Shown here one piece after another: positions 56,701-64,000 of a stretch of DNA of 64,000 bases. The stretch is from Emiliania huxleyi CCMP1516. Its lineage: Eukaryota. Under the pieces are notes generated by a model, which saw only the letters and a program-made list of their open reading frames with translations, did not search any database and was not told the DNA's origin. Both the position numbers and the translations under genes were made by a program. The DNA is taken from the NCBI RefSeq assembly GCF_000372725.1, contig NW_005202368.1, forward strand, positions 356,293 to 420,292, given 5' to 3'. Each line of letters begins with the position of its first letter. Position 1 is the first letter of the stretch.

Positions 56701-57521
56701 AGCGGAGTCCGTGTCCTCTCGAGTGCTGGTTGGGAGACATGAATACGTATTCCGCTTCTAGGCTCCCGGGCGAGCAACTCCTCTGCGCGTCGCGCCGCGC
56801 CCTCGGCCTGCACCACATCGGCGTCCGCCCTCTCCTGCGCGCGCTGCGCCGCCGCCTGCGCCGCCTGCCGCCTCTTCTCGTCCTTGAGCGCCGCCGCCTT
56901 GCGCCCGTCCGCCTTTGCCGCCTCGCCCGCCGCAGCGCCTCGCCGGAGCGCCTTGGTGGCCGCCTCGCTCGCCGCGCTCGCGTCGCGGAGCGCGAGCTCA
57001 AAGGCGCAGACCGCGTCCAGCCCCTCCTCGCACAGCCGCCTCGCCTCGCCACGAAGGCCCGCCGCCGCGCGGCCGATTGCCGCGTGCTCTGCCGCCAGCA
57101 GGTCGTCGATGGCCGCGAGCTGCGCCGCGCAGGTGTGGAGCACGCGGCGGCTCTCCTCGTCGCCGCAAAAGGCCTCGTGGCGGCTCCACTCGGCCAGGTC
57201 GGGCAGCAGGAGAGGCAGATTGCCGCTCGCCGCCCCCCGCTTGCGCTCCGCGTACTTGGAGTAGAAGGACGCCGTCGTATCGACCGCGTCGCGCAGCCGT
57301 CGCAGCGACAGCTTTGCAGCCGTCACCGCCGGGTCGATTGGTAGCCCGGCCACCTTCTTGTCGTGCGCCCTGTCCGGGTCGGCCGAGAAGCGCGAGACGG
57401 TCCTCGTCAGCGGCCCGCGCGGCGATGGGCCGCGAACGGGCGCGGCGGCGAAAGGATCTCCCGACGTGGAGCTGCGCTCCGATTTGCTGCTCCGAGAGAG
57501 GCGGGAGATGCTGCGACGCAT
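52677..57521 (-). CDS. Multi-exon coiled-coil / polyproline / WH2 actin-binding protein (WASP/verprolin-like C-terminus); single-gene model tentative
   Basis: ATG at 57521; long helical Ala/Glu/Arg-rich exons; poly-Pro followed by GGDSRNALLMAIQQGKPLKKV (WH2, ~53165-53230); stop at 52677-52679. Confidence 0.6.
53657..53735. repeat. (GT)n microsatellite in an intron
   Basis: Visible directly in the sequence. Confidence 0.95.
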
Positions 57522-57632
57522 GCACACAAACACACACACAGATGGTGTGCCCGGCAAGGCGGCCCACGAGTGGGCGAAGGCGCTCTCTTCGCGAGTTTGC
57601 AAAAGAATTTCGGGCGCCTTCCTGGAAGCCGT

Positions 57633-58997
57633 CTTGGGTTGTGTGTTTTCTTTCTTTCTTTCTTTTTCCTGAGACCAGGGTGGGCGACGGCTAGCGCATC
57701 ACACCCTCCTCTCCTTAAAATCCCTGTGTGGTGGCGGCGTGCCGTTCTCCCATCCCTCCCTTGGGTTGTGTGTTTTCTTTCTTTCTTTCTTTTCCTGAGA
57801 CGAGCGAGGGCAGCCTCCTTAAAGGCGAAAGGGTCTAGATTTGGAGCGCTCGCCGAAGAGGAGTACGACAAAATAGCGCCCGTGATTGCCTGCACGCTAC
57901 CCGCACTCACGGACTCCATACCCGAAAGAAAGAGAAGGGAGCTCGCGGGAGAGGTGACGAGTGAACTACAGGTAGTGGGGAAGGCAGCCTCGATTGCCAT
58001 ACAGACATGGGTGCGAAACAACGACAAGACCAAGGCACGGGCAGAGGAGCGAGAGAAGAATATAGGGTGGATAAAGCGCCTGTTCACGGCATGGAGGGTG
58101 AGCCACACCGAACGTACCGAGCGAAGAGCCGAACGGAAGGAGGACGGGGAAGATGACTCCGAGGAGGACGAACCAGTGGAAATTCAGTTGTCAGATGTCA
58201 CGATGCATCCGAAGGGGACCCCTGCGCCGGCATCATCCGTAGAGGCACGAGTGTTCGAAGAGAGAGTGGACCTGAGCAACAACATGACCTGGAGGCAAAT
58301 GATCGGAGTGGGAGTCAGAAATGTGGTCCTTGCGCGAGGGGAGCTCGATAGACTCGAGGGGCCAGGATATGCAGCAAGGAGGGCGGAGCTGCGCCGAAAG
58401 GCGAAAGAAGCCGAGAGAACAAGGGAACGGCAGGCGGCGGCGGCGCAGGACGAGGCAGAAGAGAATGACGCGACAGAGGAGGAAGTGACAAGGGAGAGAA
58501 CGACGAGAGTGGGACGGCCGCGAGGTGGCATGAAGGTTGCAGCGAGAATCGGCGAGAGACTGCGAAAAGAGATAGGAAGAGGCAGACTCCCTAGGGTGGG
58601 CGACGGCTAGCGCATCACACTCCTCTCCTTAAAATCCCTGTGTGGTGGCGGCGTGCCGTCCTCCCATCCCTCCCTTGGGTTGTCTGTTTTCTTTCTTTCT
58701 TTTCTTAGGCGGCTCCGGTGGTGTGCCGGTGATAGTACTAGCACGCGCCAGTTCGCACCTGTGTCGAGCCTGTGTGCTGTGGGAGAGAGTTGTCTTGTTT
58801 AAATTCTTTTCTTTCTTTACCCTCACCACGGAGAGAGACTGCGAAGAGAGATAGGAAGAGGCAGACTCCCTAGGGTGGGCGACGGCTAGCGCACCACACA
58901 CCTCTCCTTAAAATCCCTGTGTGTGGTGGCGGCGTGCCGTCCTCCCATCCCTCCCTTGGGTTGTCTGTTTTCTTTCTTTTTCTTTTACCCTCACCAC
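57633..58997 (+). mobile_element. Cluster of 5'-truncated non-LTR retroelement 3' ends with (TTTC)n tails and TSDs
   Basis: Shared RVGDG*-3'UTR-tail block at ~57677, 58594 and 58872; ORF remnant ~57800-58610; direct repeats TTTTCCTGAGAC (57664-57675 / 57790-57801) and TTTACCCTCACCAC (58816-58829 / 58984-58997); an inverted tail copy at ~24138-24190. Confidence 0.7.
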
Positions 58998-59750
58998 AGA
59001 AAATGCCATGTGGAGGCGCTGCTCTTCGAGGAGTTCGGCGCAATGAGCGTGGGGGTGGAGGAGCTGAGGGCCCAAGTTGAGAATCGTGCTCTTGGGTTGG
59101 GTTGTTGGGTTGGGTTGGGTTGTTCCGGGTGAGGTTGGGTCGTCGGCGCGAATGGTGAGGTCTCGACCGCCGCCGCTCACGCCAGCGGACGGCCACCATC
59201 GGTGTTTTTGGCTTCGCCACCGTCCAAGGCGTGCGCCATGCGCTCGCCGGCATCGAGCGAGCAACGTGATCGACCGAGCGGCTTGCTGTGTGGACGCCTT
59301 CTTCTGCTCTCGTCGAGAGCGTTTTGCGTCCCGGCGGGTGGGAGAATATGTGTCGACTGATGTGTCACTGTGTGCGTCACATCGGTCTTGATAACAAGCA
59401 CGGTCGATCCGTCGAAGCGATACACTCGTTCCTATCACGCTGGAAGGCTTGCACGGAGCTCTGTCACCCCTGTCGTCGTGCAAGTGCCTCTCGAGGAGGT
59501 CGCCGGTCGCCTACTCATAAAAAAGAAAACGAATGACGGGGCCGCCGAACCTTCTCGTGAACGCCTTCGGCCGACGCCGACGCGTGAGGTGGCGTCCAAA
59601 TCCCACGCCTCCGGCCCTCCGCTGGGCTTGTGTGACCAGAGCCGTCTGGGGGGCGGAAGGATTGTCTCGTCTCGGCTCTGTGCGGTCTGCGCTGCTGCGT
59701 GCCTCGCGCTCTGGCGCAGGCGCCTGCAGCGCGTCTCGCCCCCCATTCTG

Positions 59751-59751
<1 letters not shown>

Positions 59752-59842
<91 letters not shown>
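59752..59842. repeat. (CT)n microsatellite
   Basis: Visible directly in the sequence. Confidence 0.98.
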
Positions 59843-59847
<5 letters not shown>

Positions 59848-60403
59848 GAGCGGGAGGAAGGGTGCAGCATGTTTTGTGTATGGGTGTCCTAGGCCAGTAA
59901 GGCGGTAGAGTCGCGCCGGGCCGCGTCATTTGTCGGCCGCTTGTGTCTTGCGCGTCCGGCGCAGGGCCGGCCCGTGGGGCTCCAAGAAGGGCCGGAATCC
60001 TCGCCGCTGCTGGCGTGTCGCAGTCTCGGCACACCCGTGATGTGCTCGCTGTGATGTATGGCTTCTACGAGCTGGAAATTCTACGGCTGGACCTGACACC
60101 TGTGCGGGAAGCGTGCGCGGCCCCGCGGCGCGCGGGGCGGCGGCCGCGGCGGGCGGGTTGCCGCCGCGACTGCCGCTGCGATTTCGTGTCGTGCGGGGTG
60201 TGCATGAAAAGAGCGAGATGTAACTTAGCATGCGGGCGGACCCCTCTAAGGTAAGGTAAGGTAAGGTAAACTTCTCCACACACACGAGGTGGTGGGGCAA
60301 GGGGGGGCAACCCTCGCATCTCCACGTCTAACGACAGGAGCCCCACGGCATTTAAAGTGCAAGGCCCGGTGCGCGTGGGACCCCTCTCACAGCTCACAGC
60401 TCA

Positions 60404-63400
60404 CTAAGCAGAGCCGCCGCGCCCCGCGCCCCGCCCACCCCGCCCGCCCCGCCCACCGCGCCCACCGCGCCCGCCGCGCCCGCCGCGCCCGCCTCGCCCC
60501 CCTCGCCCACCGACCGCCGCCGTGGCGCCCACGGGCTGAACCTGGGGCACGGTGCGCGAGGGCGGCTGGTGGACAAACGTCGTCTGCGCCGCCACCAGCC
60601 GCCCAGTTGCGGCGATGGGCAGCGCCGGCTGGCGGCAGGCCGGGCAGATGGTGTCGCGCTCCAGCACGCGCGGCGCACACGTCTCGCAGTACAGCGCGTG
60701 GCCGCACGCGAAGCGGACCGAGCGCGGCGCGTCGTAGCAGAGGTCACACAGGCGCTCCTCGGCCCCAGCCGTCTCCTCCACCTCCCCCGCCGCCTCGACT
60801 AGCGCCTCCAGCCGCGGCAGCGCCTCTGCGAGCGGCATCCGCCGCTTCTTCCTCACGAGAGCCAGCCCGACCACCAGCCGCGCCAGCTCCTCGGCCTGCG
60901 CCGCCGACCAGCCCGCGTCGGACGCCGCGATCGATCCCTCCGCCGTGTCGGGCTCCTCCAACGCATCGTCGCACTCGTCGAGGAGGCCGACGGCGCCGCG
61001 GCCGGTCAGGGCGACGAGCAGCGTGATGCCGAGCGCATAGCCGTCGGTCAGCACTGACGCCTGCCCGCTCTGCGAGATGATTGGGTCCATGTACCCGAGC
61101 TTCCCAAAGATGCGTTGCGTCGACAGGTGCGAGACCTGTCCATTGGCGCCGGCCGTCGCCTCTGCCGCGCGCGCGAGGCCCACGTCGGCGAGGTAGCCGT
61201 TGCCGCGCTCGTCGAGCAGGATGTTGCCCGCCGAGACGTCGCGGTGCAGGATCATCGGAGAGAGCGTGTGCAGGTAGTGCAGCGCGCTCGCGGCGTCGCG
61301 CAGCACGCGGAGCCGTGCGGCGGAGGAGAGCGGCGGAGGCGGCGTCTCGAAGCCGAGCATGCGGAGCCGCTGCAGTGCGGCTGGTGAGCGGTAGAGGCGG
61401 TCCTCGAGGCTGCCGCCGCGGCAGAGGGGGTAGACGAGGCACGCTCTCGCCGGCGCCAAGCAGACGCCAAGCAGAGGGAGGAGGGACAAATGGCACGCCG
61501 CGCTGAGCGTGCGCACCTCGCTCTGCAGCTCGGCGAGGCCTTGGGCGCCGACACCGACCAGCGCCGTCTTGACGGCGAACCCGCAAGCGACGCGCGGGAA
61601 CGACGGCAGCGCGTCGGCACGGTAGACGCGCCCAAAGCCTCCCTCGCCCACCTTGCGCGCCTCGGCAAAGCCGTCGGTCGCCGAGATGAGCTCGTCGAGA
61701 GGGACGGCGGCGGGCGGCGCGGCGGCGGCGGCGAGGGCGGCGACGCTCGACGCCGCCTCCACTGCCGCCGCTGCAGCGGCCGCCGCCTCCACTGCCGCTG
61801 CCGCCGCCTCCGCTGCCGCCGCCTCTTGAGCCTCCGCCGCTGCCACTGCCGCCACTGCCGCCTCTACAGCCGCCGCCTCCGCCGCCGCCTCCGCCATCGC
61901 CTCCGCCTCCGCCTCCGCCTCCGCCTTCATCCTCGCCTCCTCCCTCTCCCTTGCCTCCTCCTCCCTTGCCCTCGCCTCTGCCTCCTCCCTTGCGAACGAC
62001 GCCGCCTCCGCCTCCTCCGCCGCCCGCGCCGCCGCAGCCTCTGCTACCACCCGCTCCGCTTCCTCCGCCACTCGCGCCTCCTCAGCCGCCCGCGCCTCCT
62101 CCGCCTGCTCCGCCGCCCGCTCCGCCGCCCGCGCTGCCGCTGCCGCCGCCTTCTCCTCCTTCTGCCGCTGCCGCTTCAGCGCCCTGGCCTCGCGGGTCTT
62201 TCGCTCCGCCAGCTCGTCGCGCAGCCGCCGCGCCGCCCGCAGCGCCTCCGAGCCGTCGGCGGCCTCGGTGTTCGCGTTGATCGCCGCCCTGAGCGCCTCG
62301 AGATCGGCGTCGCCTCGCTCGCACGCCTCAACCGCCTCGCGCAGCGCAGCCTCGGCAGCATCGCGCGCCTCCGCCGCCTCCGCAGCAGCTGCCGCCTCGC
62401 GTGCGGCCGCCTCGGCCTGCTCGGCTGATTCTGCGGCCGCCGTCTCCCCCCCAGCCTGTGCTGCGGTCGACGAGTGCTCCTCGAAGGCGCGCACGCACTC
62501 GGCGTGGCCTTTCTCCTTGGCCCACTGAAGCGCCGTCGTGCCGCTCGCAGTGCGCGCCGCAGCGTGTGCGCCCGCCCGCAGCAAGCGCCGCACGACCGCG
62601 GGGTGGTTGAAGAGAGCGGCGGCCATCAGCGCGGTGCCGCCGACGCTGTCCTGCAGGTTGACCTCCGCGCCGTGCTGCAGCAACAGCTCGACCACCCGCT
62701 CGTGGCCTTGGAAGGCGGCCATCATCAGCGCAGTCCAGCCGCTGCTGTTCTGCAGGTTGACCTCTGCCCCGCCCCGCAGCACCATCTCGACCACTCGCTC
62801 GTGGCCGTTGTTGGCGGCGCCCATCAGCAGCGTGAGGCCGCTAATGCCGTCTCTCTCGCACGTCGCGTCGGCCCGCCCGCCACTGTCGAGCCACGCCAGC
62901 ACCGCCTCCTCCTCGCCTCGCTCAGCCGCTGCCACGACCTCATCGGGGGCTGCCGCGACACCGCTCGACGCCTGCTCCGCCGCCGCCGCTGGAGATGGCG
63001 TCTTCGCGACTCTCGATCCAGCCGAGGAAGCGCCGCCGGAGGAAGCGCCGCCTGCGCCTTCGCCGCCGGCTGCCGCCGCCATGAGCCGTCCCGCCACCAC
63101 CTCCTGGACGTGCTTCTTGAAGGCCTCGACGCACTCGGCATGGCCCTGCTCCTTGACCAGCTGCAGCGCCGTCATGCCGATCGCATTGCGCGCCGCCGTG
63201 TCTGCGCCCGCCCGCAGCAAGCGCCGCACGACGGCGGGGTGGTTGAGGTAAGCGGCGAACATCAGCGCGGTTTCGCCGACGCTGTTCTGCAGGTTGATCT
63301 CCGCGCCGTGCTGCATGAGCAGGTCGACCACCTGCTCGTGGCCTTGGCCGGCGGCGGTTATCAGCAGCGTGAGGCCGCTCAAGCCGCCTCTCTCGTACGT

Positions 63401-64000
63401 CGCGTCGGCCCGCCCGCCGCCCTCGAGCCACGCCAGCACCGCTGCCTCGTCGCCTCGCCCAGCCGCTGCCACGACCTCGTCGGAGACTGCCACGCCACCG
63501 CTCGGCGCCCACTCCGCCGCAGCCGGCGACAGATTACCCGGCCGCACCCGCACGCTCTCGCCGCCGCCCTCGAGCGCCACAGCGTACCGCCCGCCCTCGA
63601 AGCTCCGCGCCACGCCCCGCTGCCCGTTCAGCTCGGGGCGGGCAGAGAGGCCGCCGAGCACGACGCGCTGGCCGAGCAGCGGCGCGTCCACAGCTGCCGC
63701 TGCCGCGCCCGAGGAGGCCCGGCCGTCTGCAGCCGCCGCCGCCTCAGCTAAGACCTTGACGCACTCGGCGTGGCCGTTCTCCTTGGCCAGCTGCAGCGCC
63801 GTCTTGCCGTTGACAGTGGGCGCCGCGTCTGCGCCCGCCTGCAGCAATCGCCGCACGACGGCGGGGTGGTTGAGGAGGGCGGCGCCCATCAGCGCGGTGA
63901 GGCCATTGCTGCTCTGCAGGTTAACCTCAGCGCCGCGTCGTATCAGCGAGTCGACCACCCGCTCGTGGCCGTTGCCGGCGGCGTGCATCAGCGCGGTGCT
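60404..64000 (-). CDS. Ankyrin-repeat / coiled-coil / IRAK-Pelle-RLK-like protein kinase / RING finger protein with RGG tail; 5' end beyond the window
   Basis: Open frame of more than 1194 aa. Three ankyrin blocks (TALMxAA..GH..VV..LL..GA); GQRVVLGGLSARPELNG (SH3/KOW-like); ELISATDGF..KVGEGGFGRVYR, AVK, HRDVSAGNILLD, LADVGLAR, GKLGYMDP; CDLC..CGH..CETC..CPAC; GGRGGR repeats. Confidence 0.92.
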   Translation of the reverse strand, partial: STALMHAAGNGHERVVDSLIRRGAEVNLQSSNGLTALMGAALLNHPAVVRRLLQAGADAAPTVNGKTALQLAKENGHAECVKVLAEAAAAADGRASSGAAAAAVDAPLLGQRVVLGGLSARPELNGQRGVARSFEGGRYAVALEGGGESVRVRPGNLSPAAAEWAPSGGVAVSDEVVAAAGRGDEAAVLAWLEGGGRADATYERGGLSGLTLLITAAGQGHEQVVDLLMQHGAEINLQNSVGETALMFAAYLNHPAVVRRLLRAGADTAARNAIGMTALQLVKEQGHAECVEAFKKHVQEVVAGRLMAAAAGGEGAGGASSGGASSAGSRVAKTPSPAAAAEQASSGVAAAPDEVVAAAERGEEEAVLAWLDSGGRADATCERDGISGLTLLMGAANNGHERVVEMVLRGGAEVNLQNSSGWTALMMAAFQGHERVVELLLQHGAEVNLQDSVGGTALMAAALFNHPAVVRRLLRAGAHAAARTASGTTALQWAKEKGHAECVRAFEEHSSTAAQAGGETAAAESAEQAEAAAREAAAAAEAAEARDAAEAALREAVEACERGDADLEALRAAINANTEAADGSEALRAARRLRDELAERKTREARALKRQRQKEEKAAAAAARAAERAAEQAEEARAAEEARVAEEAERVVAEAAAARAAEEAEAASFAREEAEARAREEEAREREEARMKAEAEAEAEAMAEAAAEAAAVEAAVAAVAAAEAQEAAAAEAAAAAVEAAAAAAAAVEAASSVAALAAAAAPPAAVPLDELISATDGFAEARKVGEGGFGRVYRADALPSFPRVACGFAVKTALVGVGAQGLAELQSEVRTLSAACHLSLLPLLGVCLAPARACLVYPLCRGGSLEDRLYRSPAALQRLRMLGFETPPPPLSSAARLRVLRDAASALHYLHTLSPMILHRDVSAGNILLDERGNGYLADVGLARAAEATAGANGQVSHLSTQRIFGKLGYMDPIISQSGQASVLTDGYALGITLLVALTGRGAVGLLDECDDALEEPDTAEGSIAASDAGWSAAQAEELARLVVGLALVRKKRRMPLAEALPRLEALVEAAGEVEETAGAEERLCDLCYDAPRSVRFACGHALYCETCAPRVLERDTICPACRQPALPIAATGRLVAAQTTFVHQPPSRTVPQVQPVGATAAVGGRGGRGGRGGRGGRGGRGGRGGRGGRGAGRGGSA

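Noticed and set aside
62474..63751. Plus-strand 425 aa ORF and similar antisense ORFs over the RCC1 genes
   Set aside because: Antisense shadows of the ankyrin and RCC1 coding strands.

Overview
GC-rich eukaryotic genomic DNA with spliceosomal introns (many apparent GC donors), introns filled with 7-11 bp tandem repeats, and four N gaps. The style suggests a haptophyte such as Emiliania/Gephyrocapsa huxleyi (inference only). Recognisable genes: a large secreted beta-helix/Cys-rich protein built from 15 phase-0 cassette exons with near-identical introns (runs off the left edge); two intronless F-box-like + RCC1 genes (one frameshifted); a multi-reader KDM3-type JmjC demethylase whose 3' part is duplicated; a TIR-domain protein; two convergent SLC25 carriers; an LCAT/PLA2G15-like lipase; an FG-GAP-like propeller protein; a gamma-carbonic-anhydrase-like gene; a cyclophilin; a WH2/polyproline protein; and an ankyrin-IRAK/Pelle-like kinase-RING protein (runs off the right edge). 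Mobile DNA: a 1087 bp TIR element with an 8 bp TSD carrying a spliced AP2-domain gene, a CRE-type non-LTR remnant, a tandem-nesting LINE 3' end and a probable TA-flanked TIR element. Most notable: the modular hypervariable exon array, the AP2-bearing transposon, and a recurrent pattern in which intron ends duplicate adjacent exon sequence. All domain calls and splice sites are by-eye, without database searches or transcript data.
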